The position numbers and the translations under genes were made by a program. Shown one piece after another: positions 9,647 to 18,655 of a stretch of 45,848 nucleotides of DNA. The DNA is from an uncultured Gammaproteobacteria bacterium. Lineage in GTDB: Bacteria; Patescibacteriota; Microgenomatia; UBA12405. Under the pieces are notes generated by a model. The model ran no database searches. It was not told where the DNA came from and saw nothing but the letters and a program-made list of their open reading frames with translations. Each line of letters opens with the position of its first letter. The first letter of the stretch is position 1. Where the stretch lies: assembly GCA_964448705.1 (NCBI GenBank), contig CAYUZS010000002.1:1729-47576 (forward strand), read 5' to 3'.

Positions 9647-9662
9647 AACACTTCTAAGTGTT
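9647..9662. promoter_or_regulatory. perfect palindrome AACACT-TCTA-AGTGTT overlapping the lexA -35; candidate LexA operator
   Basis: Read directly. Its last 2 nt are the first 2 nt of TTGACT. It lies in the divergent lexA / transglutaminase-operon control region. Confidence 0.45.
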
Positions 9663-9688
9663 GACTTCGGGTATTGTTCGTGTAAGAT
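9661..9688 (+). promoter_or_regulatory. lexA promoter: TTGACT-16 nt-(TGT)TAAGAT, then 6 nt, then ATG (leaderless geometry)
   Basis: -35 at 9661-9666, extended -10 at 9681-9688, start codon at 9695, no SD. Confidence 0.5.
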
Positions 9689-9694
9689 GTTGAT

Positions 9695-10312
9695 ATGGCA
9701 GCAATTATTTATAAAAGGCAAAAACAGATACTTGATTATATTAACGATAATATCAGTAAATATGGATATGCTCCAACTCTAACTGAAATTGCCGATTATC
9801 TTGGGTTATCCTCTTTGGCAACGGTACATGAACATTTGGCAGTGTTGGAAAAGAAAGGTTTGATTCGACGATACCGGGGGGCAGTGAGAGGAATTGAAGT
9901 AGTGGAAAATGACAATTATATGGGCAGTAACATGATGGAATTACCAGTGTTAGGATTTATTGCCTGCGGAGCACCTATAGAGCCGTATACCGATCCAAAT
10001 GCGACATTAGCAGTCAGTTCATCTTTGGTGTCATCCGGACAAAAATCATATGTACTGCAAGCTAAAGGCGACTCGATGGTTGATGACGGAATTCTGAGCG
10101 GTGATTATCTGGTGATAAAAGAACAAAATACCGCTAATAACGGAGATATTGTAGTCGCAGTGCTTAAAAATGGTTTTGCGACTTTAAAAAGATTTTATCG
10201 GGAAGCTAATCGGATCAGACTGCAGCCGGCGAACTCGAAAATGTCACCGATATATGTGACGGAAGTGGAGATCAGAGGAAAAGTAGTTTCGGTTATCAGA
10301 CAATTTAATTAA
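9695..10312 (+). CDS. lexA: LexA repressor (S24 peptidase)
   Basis: 205 aa. N-terminal wHTH (PTLTEIADYLGLSSLATVHEHL), catalytic Ser in GDSM and Lys in ATLKRF. Confidence 0.85.
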   Translation: MAAIIYKRQKQILDYINDNISKYGYAPTLTEIADYLGLSSLATVHEHLAVLEKKGLIRRYRGAVRGIEVVENDNYMGSNMMELPVLGFIACGAPIEPYTDPNATLAVSSSLVSSGQKSYVLQAKGDSMVDDGILSGDYLVIKEQNTANNGDIVVAVLKNGFATLKRFYREANRIRLQPANSKMSPIYVTEVEIRGKVVSVIRQFN

Positions 10313-10317
10313 TCCCA

Positions 10318-10776
10318 ATGATTAAAGAAGTAACAAATTTGTTTTTGGTGAAAGAAGATGAAGTTTGTTTGGGTATGAAGAAGAGAGGTTTTGGAGTAGG
10401 ATTGTGGAATGGAACAGGGGGAAAAGTGCTTGAAGGAGAAAGTGTTGAAGAGGCAGCCAAAAGAGAGGCACAAGAGGAATTTGGAGTAAAAGTGAGTCAG
10501 CTTATGGATGCCGGAAAGACCAGATTTATTTTTAAAGACGGATTAGAAATTTCTTGTCATCTTTTTGTATGTGGAGAATGGGAAAATGAACCGGTGGAGA
10601 GTGAGGAAATGGCACCTAAGTGGTTTAAGATTGCCTGCTTACCATTGGAAACGATGTGGGAAACGGATAGAAGTTGGCTGCCATTGATTCTAAGGAATAA
10701 AAGAGTTGAAGGTATTTATTATTTTAATGACGATGCAAAAACAGTGGAAAGATATGAATTAAAGGAGATAAACTAA
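10318..10776 (+). CDS. NUDIX hydrolase (MutT-like)
   Basis: Nudix box GGKVLEGESVEEAAKREAQEEFGV. Confidence 0.8.
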   Translation: MIKEVTNLFLVKEDEVCLGMKKRGFGVGLWNGTGGKVLEGESVEEAAKREAQEEFGVKVSQLMDAGKTRFIFKDGLEISCHLFVCGEWENEPVESEEMAPKWFKIACLPLETMWETDRSWLPLILRNKRVEGIYYFNDDAKTVERYELKEIN

Positions 10777-11417
10777 TGCTGTATATAATTTCAACCCCAA
10801 TAGGTAATTTGAAAGATATTACTCTAAGAGCGATAGAGACTTTGGAACAATTGGATATCCTTTTGTGTGAAGATACCCGAAAAACCGGTTTACTGCTGCA
10901 AAACTTAAAAATTGTTAATAAGCCCAAATTGATTTCCTTTTATGATGAAGTAGAACAACAAAAAATACCGGAAATACTGAATTTACTCCGGGAAGGATTG
11001 GAGGTAGGTTTAGTGTCGGATGCCGGGACACCACTGATTTCCGATCCGGGGTGGCTGTTGGTTAAGAAATGCCGTGAATCAGGAATAAAATATACTGCTA
11101 TTCCGGGTCCAAGCGCAGTGGTTGATGCTGCGGTATTGTCGGGAATGCCGATACAAAGATTTGTGTTTTTGGGTTTTTTACCTAAAAAGACCAGCGATAA
11201 AAAAAAATTGATCGAAAAATATAGGGAAACTGACGGTGTGAAGATTGCCTATGAAGCCGGAAACAGGGTAAAAGATTCGGTGCAAATTATCAAAGAAGTA
11301 ATGGGAGAATGGGTGGAAATAAAAATTGTCAGAGAAATGACTAAAAAGTTTGAAGAGATTCTCCTACCTTCGGAAATTCATAATGAAAAAGGTGAAGCAG
11401 TGATTTTATTTTTGTAA
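10776..11417 (+). CDS. rsmI: 16S rRNA (cytidine1402-2'-O)-methyltransferase RsmI
   Basis: LYIISTPIGNLKDITLRAIETL...LLCEDTR N-terminus and tetrapyrrole-methylase fold motifs. The 3' end overlaps convergent ppsA by 12 nt. Confidence 0.8.
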   Translation: MLYIISTPIGNLKDITLRAIETLEQLDILLCEDTRKTGLLLQNLKIVNKPKLISFYDEVEQQKIPEILNLLREGLEVGLVSDAGTPLISDPGWLLVKKCRESGIKYTAIPGPSAVVDAAVLSGMPIQRFVFLGFLPKKTSDKKKLIEKYRETDGVKIAYEAGNRVKDSVQIIKEVMGEWVEIKIVREMTKKFEEILLPSEIHNEKGEAVILFL

Positions 11418-13700
11418 TTTTCTCTTTTCGGCCCAAGCAACTATTTCTCGGGTGGAATCGATAACATCCGGTGAAACAGAAACGGAAGTAACTCCCCATT
11501 TGACCAGTTTATCTACAAGATCCGGGTGGTTACTAGGTGCTTGGCCGCAAATTGAAACAGAAATGTTTCTTTTTCTGGCTTTAGTGACCGCTCTTTTTAA
11601 ACTCCATAAAACTGCAGGATCCATTTCATTAAAATCTTTGGCGACTTCACTGTTGTCTCGATCGAGTCCTAAGGTAAGCATGGTTAAATCGTTGCTGCCG
11701 ATGGAAATACCGTCAATGCCGACATCAATAAATTTGTCCAGGAGAATAATATTACTGGGAATTTCGACCATCATGAATAGTTTAAAAGTCGGAGATCGAA
11801 GCAATCCATGATCAACGGCAATTTGTTTGACTTTGGCCAACTGCTGCGGAGTTCTGACAAAAGGAATCATTAACCATAAATTCTTAAGGTTGTAGCGATT
11901 ACGGACCATCTTAATAGCCTCAAGCTCCATGGAAAAAACATCAGGCGAGTTTATATAGCGAACAGCACCACGAAAACCCAAAAGCGGATTCGGTTCTTCA
12001 GGTTCATAAAGTTTTCCCCATTTAAGAAAACGATATTCGTTTGTTTTGAAATCAGTAGCCCGATAAATTACCGGTCGGGGGTTAAAGCTCCGGCAAAATT
12101 CTGCTAATCCTTTGGCTAATTTTTCGATGTACTCTTTCTGTCGGCCATCAGCGATCATTTTTTTAGGATGAATGCCGATGTTGGCGATCATGAATTCAGC
12201 CCGAAGAAGACCAACTCCATCCACATTTCTTTTAGAAATGGTTTTGGCCAATTCCGGTTCGCCGAGATTTACATAAACTTTGGTGGCAGTTTTCAGAACT
12301 TTAGAGCTACGGTCTTTTAGTATTTTAGAATCGGGAGTTTGACCGTAAAGCAAGTCTCCTTTCCAAATTTCACCGGTAGTACCGTTGATAGTGACTGTAT
12401 CCCCTTCTTTGAAAAATTTAGTAGCAATTTTTGTGCCAACAACACAAGGAACACCGAGTTCACGGCTAACAATGGCAGCATGAGAAGTTTGTCCACCTTT
12501 ATCAGTAATAATGCCGTTAACTTTTTTCATGGCCGGAACATAGTCGGGAGTGGTCATACTGATGACCATAATTTGACCTTTTTGGACACGCTCCATTTCT
12601 GTCGGAGACTTAATGATGATTACTACACCGCTGGTAGTTCCCGGACTGGCAGGCTCCCCTTTTAAGTCGGGTTCGAGACGGGAAATTGTTTTTTGAGTGT
12701 CGAGAATTTTTTGATTACTTTGAATAGTGGTAATCGGCCTGGTTTGAACGATGTATATTTTTCCCTTTTCAATGGCAAATTCGATGTCCTGAGGTTTGCC
12801 ATAGTGATTATGAAGTTTTTGACCAATCTTGGCGATCTTGGTGGCAGTTTCCTTGGAAATTTTGACTTTGTTTTGTCTAACTTTGGGAACTTTTACTTCT
12901 TTAGTTTCATCTACTGATTTAATTAATTGAACATCCTGAGAGACATGGGTCTGAGAAATAATATTCCAATTGCTTTTATCGAGGATAATCTGATCGGGAG
13001 TAACCCGACCCTGAACGATGTATTCCCCAAGGCCCCAAATAGTTTCAATAATAATTTCGTTTTTGTTGTTGCTTACAGGGTTAACGGTAAACATTATCCC
13101 CGAAATATCTGACTGGACCAGTTTTTGAACAGGGACGGCAACACCGATTTTGAAATGATCGTAATGTTTTTTGACCTGATAAAAAATAGACCTGGGAGTG
13201 AAAAGACTGGACCAACAGTCACGAACTCTTTTTACAACATTAGCTTCTCCGATAACATTCAAGAAAGTATCCCCTTGTCCGGCAAAAGAAGCATCCAGAG
13301 TGTCTTCGGAAGTAGCTGAGGTGCGGATAGCAACCGGAATATTTTTTAAACCACCAAAACCGGACAACTGTTTATAGTTTTTCATGATGTCGATGGCGAT
13401 TTGGGGAGGAACCGGAGTTTTGCGAATTAAAGATCTGATTTTTTTGGAAGCGGAATGAAGCTGGTCCGGTTGGTCAACATCGGTAGTTTTTAAAATGTCG
13501 GCAATTTTTGGTTTGAGATTATTTTCTTTTATAAACTGAAAATAAGCAGAGGCGGTAACTACAAAACCATTAGGAACAGGAATTCCGAGGTTGTACATTT
13601 CCCCAAGATTGGCACCTTTACCACCGACAATATCGACATCCTCGTAATGAATTTGTTTAAACCAAAGTATATCGTTATTAGTTTTCATGACTGATTCCAT
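11406..13700 (-). CDS. ppsA: phosphoenolpyruvate synthase (pyruvate, water dikinase)
   Basis: 764 aa. ATP-grasp GGKGANLGEM, phospho-His domain GGQTSHAAIVSRELGVPCVVG, C-terminal PEP-utilising TIM barrel (SIGSNDL). Confidence 0.85.
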   Translation of the reverse strand: MESVMKTNNDILWFKQIHYEDVDIVGGKGANLGEMYNLGIPVPNGFVVTASAYFQFIKENNLKPKIADILKTTDVDQPDQLHSASKKIRSLIRKTPVPPQIAIDIMKNYKQLSGFGGLKNIPVAIRTSATSEDTLDASFAGQGDTFLNVIGEANVVKRVRDCWSSLFTPRSIFYQVKKHYDHFKIGVAVPVQKLVQSDISGIMFTVNPVSNNKNEIIIETIWGLGEYIVQGRVTPDQIILDKSNWNIISQTHVSQDVQLIKSVDETKEVKVPKVRQNKVKISKETATKIAKIGQKLHNHYGKPQDIEFAIEKGKIYIVQTRPITTIQSNQKILDTQKTISRLEPDLKGEPASPGTTSGVVIIIKSPTEMERVQKGQIMVISMTTPDYVPAMKKVNGIITDKGGQTSHAAIVSRELGVPCVVGTKIATKFFKEGDTVTINGTTGEIWKGDLLYGQTPDSKILKDRSSKVLKTATKVYVNLGEPELAKTISKRNVDGVGLLRAEFMIANIGIHPKKMIADGRQKEYIEKLAKGLAEFCRSFNPRPVIYRATDFKTNEYRFLKWGKLYEPEEPNPLLGFRGAVRYINSPDVFSMELEAIKMVRNRYNLKNLWLMIPFVRTPQQLAKVKQIAVDHGLLRSPTFKLFMMVEIPSNIILLDKFIDVGIDGISIGSNDLTMLTLGLDRDNSEVAKDFNEMDPAVLWSLKRAVTKARKRNISVSICGQAPSNHPDLVDKLVKWGVTSVSVSPDVIDSTREIVAWAEKRKLQK

Positions 13701-14068
13701 CCACGGTTGGGAGAATTTCTAATTTCAGGGGTTTCGTTGGGACGTTGATATTCGTCTTCGAGGCGAAAAGTGGTGCCGACTTCGGCGGTAGAAACTTCAA
13801 CAACGACAGAATTGGTGACAGCTTCAAGCCTATGGATTATAGGCGGTTTGATGGTGTAGCCGTGGTTAATTTCCATATCGGTTGTCTGTTGATCGAGGGT
13901 AATTTTAGCTGAGCCGGAAATAAGGGTTAAAGTCTCAATTTTTTGATCGTGATATTGGAGAGATAATTTATGACCGCTTTTGATTTCCAATATCTTGCCG
14001 GTGTAAGGTAAATCGGATTCGGTAAGGATTGTCTCCCGACCCCAGGGTTTTTCGATAATAGTGGGCAT
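13685..14068 (-). CDS. cupin domain protein (type II phosphomannose-isomerase-like cupin)
   Basis: 127 aa. EKPWGRE...GHKLSLQYHDQKIETLTLISG cupin motifs. Overlaps the ppsA start by 16 nt. Confidence 0.6.
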   Translation of the reverse strand: MPTIIEKPWGRETILTESDLPYTGKILEIKSGHKLSLQYHDQKIETLTLISGSAKITLDQQTTDMEINHGYTIKPPIIHRLEAVTNSVVVEVSTAEVGTTFRLEDEYQRPNETPEIRNSPNRGWNQS

Positions 14069-14093
14069 TAGAAAAATAATAGCAGAAATTATA

Positions 14094-14120
14094 TTAGCAG
14101 TCCAATGTTTCGACTGCTAA
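14094..14120. promoter_or_regulatory. 9-bp perfect inverted repeat TTAGCAGTC-N9-GACTGCTAA abutting a TATAAT upstream of the cupin-ppsA operon
   Basis: Read directly. On the minus strand the repeat is immediately followed by TATAAT (14093..14088), 19 nt before the cupin ATG. Confidence 0.35.
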
Positions 14121-14208
14121 TAATAGCGTTAAAAATTATTTAGCCTGTCTTTACGATAAATATATGTTATGTTACAAAGTGTATACAAATAATACTATAT
14201 ATTACTAA

Positions 14209-14826
14209 CTATCTCACCAAAGGAAGTAGTACCCTTTTTAAAGCAATTTCCTTGGCGAAAGATAACTGCCCTGTTTTGTATTGAAACTCCAGCTCGATTG
14301 TTTGAAGATATATTTTTTGGACTAAGGATGGTTGATATTTAGAACTGCTAATCAACTGGCGACGAAGATTACCTTTTAATAAATATAAAAAAAGATCGAA
14401 CAGTCCTTGGGAAACAATCAGATCGTAATAGCGATTAAATGAGTTGAGGTTTCCTGGTTTGATAGAATTTAAACAACTAAAAATCTGGTTGTCTGATTTA
14501 AAAAAGTTTATTTTGGCACCGGGAAATATTTTTATTTGGGCGGCAGTAAGGGCTTTATCCTGCCAGATAACAATATTGATTTCTGATTTGCTTAGAATCG
14601 AAACGAGTTTGTCCAGAACAGTTTTGTTTGTTGAAAAAAAATTATCGATGGCCAAAACATTTTCTTCCGGAAAAAGCGCTCCGCCGTTTAAATAATTATT
14701 AATTTGATTAAACTCAACAGATTTAGAATCAAAACGGATAATTGAAGACGGAGAAAATTGGCCAAGAAAATCAAAAAATGCCTGACGACTTTGAACGGGA
14801 TTAGTGCCATGAAAAATGGTGATCAT
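14209..14826 (-). CDS. DNA polymerase III delta subunit-like protein (short)
   Basis: 205 aa. Weak resemblance to HolA (N-terminal IFHG, ALFPEENVLAIDNF, later IFSCLNSIKPGN..). Shorter than typical HolA. Confidence 0.35.
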   Translation of the reverse strand: MITIFHGTNPVQSRQAFFDFLGQFSPSSIIRFDSKSVEFNQINNYLNGGALFPEENVLAIDNFFSTNKTVLDKLVSILSKSEINIVIWQDKALTAAQIKIFPGAKINFFKSDNQIFSCLNSIKPGNLNSFNRYYDLIVSQGLFDLFLYLLKGNLRRQLISSSKYQPSLVQKIYLQTIELEFQYKTGQLSFAKEIALKRVLLPLVR

Positions 14827-14900
14827 GTGAGTAAGGATAACAGATTAAAAACAGACAAGAAATGAAGACGAGGTGGGGTTTACTATTTATTATCCTTAAA

Positions 14901-14929
14901 TTGACAATAAAATATATGTATAGGATAAT
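14901..14929 (+). promoter_or_regulatory. promoter TTGACA-17 nt-GATAAT, then 6 nt, then ATG (leaderless geometry)
   Basis: -35 at 14901-14906, -10 at 14924-14929, ATG at 14936. Confidence 0.5.
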
Positions 14930-14935
14930 ACACCG

Positions 14936-15463
14936 ATGACAAAAGAGAGTTGGCAGAAACACAAAAGTAGAGGGTTAACTGAAATAGATACCCCGACCTG
15001 TCTGCCGGCAGCGCTGGACACGATTTCGAGTCGGACTTCGGTGTCCGAAGACACTTATTGGGCCTATATTGATGCTTATCAAGAGCAGTCTAAGAATGGT
15101 TACTCTTCCCGAAGAGTAAGAGATCTTTACAGGAAATTGCTGGAAGATTTAACCGGGTCAAATTGTTTAAAAAGTATATCTTATAGAAGAGCGAATTCTC
15201 TAGTAGAAACTCACCAGGTATTAAATAAAGCCAAACAAGGGGGCAAAAGAGTTTTTCTAGCGGTTAAGGACGGTCATTTGATTGGTGTTAGACCGGTTAG
15301 CAACGGCTGGAAAGTAAGCGGCAATACCTGGCTTGATACAGAAAACATTTTTACAGTAGAAGAGATAAACGGGATGTTATGGAAAGGAAGAAGAGAATTT
15401 AAAGGAAAAACAGAAGCGAATATTTTTCTGTTTCCTTCTGAGCCTAAAAAACCCAAACGATAA
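14936..15463 (+). CDS. hypothetical protein
   Basis: 175-aa soluble ORF with a basic C-terminus and no recognised motif. Confidence 0.4.
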   Translation: MTKESWQKHKSRGLTEIDTPTCLPAALDTISSRTSVSEDTYWAYIDAYQEQSKNGYSSRRVRDLYRKLLEDLTGSNCLKSISYRRANSLVETHQVLNKAKQGGKRVFLAVKDGHLIGVRPVSNGWKVSGNTWLDTENIFTVEEINGMLWKGRREFKGKTEANIFLFPSEPKKPKR

Positions 15464-15518
15464 TTATTTTGAGAGGAAAATAATTAATTTAAGCAAAAAT
15501 TATTTAAACTTATTTCCC

Positions 15519-15872
15519 CTATTTTTTCGATGCTTTTTCTCCCAAAAATCCAAAAAGTGCTCCGAAAAACATCAGGCCTATCGGTCCGGTAATAAAAATA
15601 GTTAAACTGTATTTTCCCACCGAGTTTAATATTGAATTCAAGGTCAAATTATCCGGATCAGAAATATACAAAATCAACAACAGAAAAAATGCCAATAGAT
15701 ACGGAAATAATGCTGATATTAGACCATACAACCATCCTTTCTTCTTAATTAAAAAACCGACAAAAAAGGCAGTTAAGATCGAAAGTATTATTGAAACTAA
15801 TGTACCGTTATTTCCTTTTAACAGAACAAACAAAACCAATGCCACCAAGTTCAGAAGGATTACTTTTCTCAT
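15519..15872 (-). CDS. hypothetical small membrane protein
   Basis: The ORF-track ORF 15519..16133 runs through tRNA-Glu and the end of the ABC gene. It is trimmed to ATG 15872 (MRKVILLNLV..., 117 aa, 4 TM helices), 2 nt after the tRNA. Confidence 0.45.
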   Translation of the reverse strand: MRKVILLNLVALVLFVLLKGNNGTLVSIILSILTAFFVGFLIKKKGWLYGLISALFPYLLAFFLLLILYISDPDNLTLNSILNSVGKYSLTIFITGPIGLMFFGALFGFLGEKASKK

Positions 15873-15874
15873 TG

Positions 15875-15948
15875 TGACTCCTGTGGGAGTCGAACCCACG
15901 ATTGCCTGGATGAAAGCCAGGAGTCCTAGGCCACTAGACGAAGGAGCC
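15875..15948 (-). tRNA. tRNA-Glu (anticodon TTC)
   Basis: Reverse complement gives GGCTCCT-TCGTCTAGTGG...; anticodon loop CTTTCAT; T arm GTGGG-TTCGACT-CCCAC; acceptor AGGAGTC; discriminator A. Confidence 0.85.
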
Positions 15949-15972
15949 GCGTCTGGATATTTTATCAGATTG

Positions 15973-17751
15973 TCATGTTTCTTGGTAGCCTTTAGCCTGA
16001 AGATTGAAAGATTTGGCATAAAGACCTTTAAGTTTAAGTAAATACTGATGGCTCCCCTGCTCAACAATCTTTCCTTTATCAATGACAATGATTCTTTGGG
16101 CGTTACGTACGGTGGAAAAACGGTGGGAAACAATGATCAGAGTTTTATTTTGAATGGTTTTATAAAGACGGCTAAAAATTTTATTTTCAGAAACAGCGTC
16201 GATGGAGGCGGTGGGTTCATCGAGAAGAATAATCGGACTGTCCCGATAAAATACTCTGGCGATGGCAATCTTCTGCATTTGTCCCCAGGAAGGTTCCTCA
16301 CCGCCATAGCGGTGGCTCATAGGAGTATTAAGACCATCAGAATATTTGTTTATGAATTGAGCATCGGCTTTTTTGAGGGCGGTGATAACTTTGGGATCAT
16401 TAATGATTTGCGGTCGGCCGATGGTAACGTTTTCCCGAAGGGAAAGATTATGATAATGATTAAATTCTTGGGAAAGATAGGATAATTGGTTATACCAACT
16501 TTCAAGATCAATCTCTTTGAGATTGATACCATTGACTAAAATTTTACCGGAGTTCGGTTCGTAAAAATGACAAAGTAGTTTAATTAAAGTACTTTTACCG
16601 GCACCATTTTGACCGACAATGGCAATTTCCTCATTACTGTTAATCGTCAGATTTAAATTTTTAAAAACGTAGCGTTTAGAACAAGGGTATTTAAAGGTGA
16701 CATTTTGGAATTCAATTTTGGCAGGGATGGGGGGAGAAATTTTAACCGAGCCGCCATTGATATTATTTTTAAGATCCAAAACTTCCCGAAAATTACTGAT
16801 ATGGTAGCTGTTTTCAGTAATATTTACCGAGCTGTAAACTAAGCCACGAAAGAAATCGGAGGTTTGTTGAATAGTCTGAAAAAAGAAGGTGAAAAGACCA
16901 ACAGTTAGGATATTACTTTGAGCATCGGAAATTAAAACATAGAGACAAATTCCGTTTATTAGAACAGAAAGCCCGATCAGAAATAATTCACTGGGACTTC
17001 GTTTAATTCTGAGCTCGATACGGGAGTTAGTGAAGAAATTAAAGCTGTCCTGGAATTTTTGAAAAAGATAACCAACGGCGTTATTTATTCTTAATTCAGA
17101 AATATAGTTTTTGGAACGGAGTTGATAATTTAAATCCCACATCATCTTGTTTTTATCGCTGTTATCTTCCCTAATTTGCCAATCTTTCTGGATCCAAAAT
17201 TTTTCCACCAAATATTGAGGAATTTGAGAGATAAATATTAGAAGCCACAGTTGAGGGTAACGGGGCAGAATAATAATAGTGACGGCAATCAGACTAATAA
17301 AATTACTAAAAATATTACTAATATCCTGAACACTTTGACGGATGCGCCAGCCAAATTCCTCATCGACTTTAGAGATAAGATTGCCGGTTTTTTTGCCTTC
17401 AAGGTGTTGGTAATCAAGGTGAGAAACTTTGTTAATGAACAAGATCCGCAGTTGGCTTTGAAGTTTAGTATCTAAAATCCGGCTAAATTGACTCTGGAGG
17501 AAATAAAAAACAGAGGAAAAAACTAAAATAATAATAAAAATACTAAAGATTGTAAGGATATTATCCTGTTGTCGATAAACAATAGTGTCGAGAAGTTGGG
17601 AAAAAACTTTATTTCGAAAAAAAGGAATACCGGCAACCAGAACCTGAATACAAAAAATACCGGAGAAAAGCAGAGGGTTGAATTTAAAAATCAATCTTAG
17701 AGTCCAAAAAGTGTTACTTAAAATCTTTTTGTATGATTTTGACTTTTTCAT
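15973..17751 (-). CDS. ABC exporter, fused permease/ATPase (MsbA/ABCB-like)
   Basis: 592 aa. Six-TM domain, Walker A GQNGAGKST, Q-loop, Walker B ILLDEPTASID, H-loop VSHR. The signature motif is atypical (PSWGQ). Confidence 0.85.
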   Translation of the reverse strand: MKKSKSYKKILSNTFWTLRLIFKFNPLLFSGIFCIQVLVAGIPFFRNKVFSQLLDTIVYRQQDNILTIFSIFIIILVFSSVFYFLQSQFSRILDTKLQSQLRILFINKVSHLDYQHLEGKKTGNLISKVDEEFGWRIRQSVQDISNIFSNFISLIAVTIIILPRYPQLWLLIFISQIPQYLVEKFWIQKDWQIREDNSDKNKMMWDLNYQLRSKNYISELRINNAVGYLFQKFQDSFNFFTNSRIELRIKRSPSELFLIGLSVLINGICLYVLISDAQSNILTVGLFTFFFQTIQQTSDFFRGLVYSSVNITENSYHISNFREVLDLKNNINGGSVKISPPIPAKIEFQNVTFKYPCSKRYVFKNLNLTINSNEEIAIVGQNGAGKSTLIKLLCHFYEPNSGKILVNGINLKEIDLESWYNQLSYLSQEFNHYHNLSLRENVTIGRPQIINDPKVITALKKADAQFINKYSDGLNTPMSHRYGGEEPSWGQMQKIAIARVFYRDSPIILLDEPTASIDAVSENKIFSRLYKTIQNKTLIIVSHRFSTVRNAQRIIVIDKGKIVEQGSHQYLLKLKGLYAKSFNLQAKGYQET

Positions 17752-18337
17752 GGCTGATTAATGTTAATCCAAGAACAAAGAAAAGAATACTGATTAATTG
17801 GGCGATTTTGATTTCACTGACGGCCCAGGTATCAGAACGAAAAAATTCAAAAATAAACCGAATAAGACCGTAACCAATAAAATAATGAGCTGTTGGAGTT
17901 TTGGATTTTTTAAGAAGAAAGAAAAGAATTAAATTAAATGAGGCTTCCAGCCACCATAAAGGAATTTCCTGATTAACAAAATTGCCCAGACGGCCAATAG
18001 CCTGACATAAAGGTAAAACCGGAGAGATGGAATCAAGTAATGATAAAAAAGAATAACCTCCTAAGCGGCAGAAAATAAAAATGAACAGGAGAGATCCTAG
18101 GATACCACCATAGATTCCGAGTCCCCCGTTCCAGGTTTGGGGTATGAGCCATAGATTTTGGGAATAAAACGACCATTGGTCGATAACATGATAGAGTCGG
18201 GCGCCAATTATGGCGGAGAAAATAGTACCAAAAACAAATAAATTAAGCTGAGAAGAGGAAATGTGTTTTTGGTGTTTTAGAAAATATTCGATACCAATGA
18301 CAAAAGAAATACCTATAATTAGGCCGTAAAGATGCAT
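17714..18337 (-). CDS. lgt: prolipoprotein diacylglyceryl transferase (short form)
   Basis: HLYGLIIGISF, GGLGIYGGILG and GRLGNFVNQE motifs. Start trimmed to ATG 18337, because the upstream 21 codons of the ORF-track ORF are a tRNA-like sequence. The 3' end overlaps the ABC gene start by 38 nt. Confidence 0.75.
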   Translation of the reverse strand: MHLYGLIIGISFVIGIEYFLKHQKHISSSQLNLFVFGTIFSAIIGARLYHVIDQWSFYSQNLWLIPQTWNGGLGIYGGILGSLLFIFIFCRLGGYSFLSLLDSISPVLPLCQAIGRLGNFVNQEIPLWWLEASFNLILFFLLKKSKTPTAHYFIGYGLIRFIFEFFRSDTWAVSEIKIAQLISILFFVLGLTLISHEKVKIIQKDFK

Positions 18338-18339
18338 GC

Positions 18340-18412
18340 GGTGGGCCCTGCGAGGATCGGACTCGCGACCAATCCCGATAAATCGGGACTGTTCTACCAA
18401 TCGAACTTCAGG
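18340..18412 (-). pseudogene. tRNA-Lys-like pseudo-tRNA: intact T arm and 3' acceptor strand, palindromic 'anticodon arm', degenerate 5' acceptor strand
   Basis: 18340..18373 is identical (34/34) to the tRNA-Lys 3' part at 18657..18690. A D-arm-like GTTC-GATTGGTA-GAAC is present. The 5' strand AATCCCT cannot pair with AGGGCCC. The 5' third is the end of the GIY-YIG ORF. Confidence 0.6.
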
Positions 18413-18654
18413 GATTGTGAATTAATAACCTTTTCAATTATTTTACGACTTTTAAGTTTTTTTAGGTATTTTTCCATTTTGTTGGCAGAGGTGATATCCG
18501 GAAATTCTTGAAAAAATTCAAGTTTGATAGGAAGAAATTTTTTGGTAAAAGTGCTTTTGCCGGAGGAATGATCAATTATTCGTTGACTGATATTGGTTGT
18601 ACTGCCGATATAAAACTTATCGTTGCTGAGTCTTAGGATATATACCCAGGCCAT
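18394..18654 (-). CDS. stand-alone GIY-YIG nuclease domain protein (86 aa)
   Basis: WVYIL...FYIGSTTNISQRIIDH...KLEFFQEF...: GIY/YIG, Arg and Glu motifs of the GIY-YIG fold. The ATG lies 1 nt after the CCA of tRNA-Lys, and the stop TAG lies in the D-loop-like GATTGGTAG of the pseudo-tRNA. Confidence 0.75.
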   Translation of the reverse strand: MAWVYILRLSNDKFYIGSTTNISQRIIDHSSGKSTFTKKFLPIKLEFFQEFPDITSANKMEKYLKKLKSRKIIEKVINSQSLKFDW

Positions 18655-18655
18655 T

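Noticed and set aside
15464-15518. AT-only inverted repeat AAATAATT-N12-AATTATTT between convergent genes as a terminator
   Set aside because: An 8-bp A/T-only stem with a long loop is thermodynamically negligible and is expected by chance at this composition.
15873-16133. N-terminal 87 codons of ORF 15519..16133
   Set aside because: They run through tRNA-Glu and the 3' end of the ABC transporter gene. The CDS is trimmed to ATG 15872.
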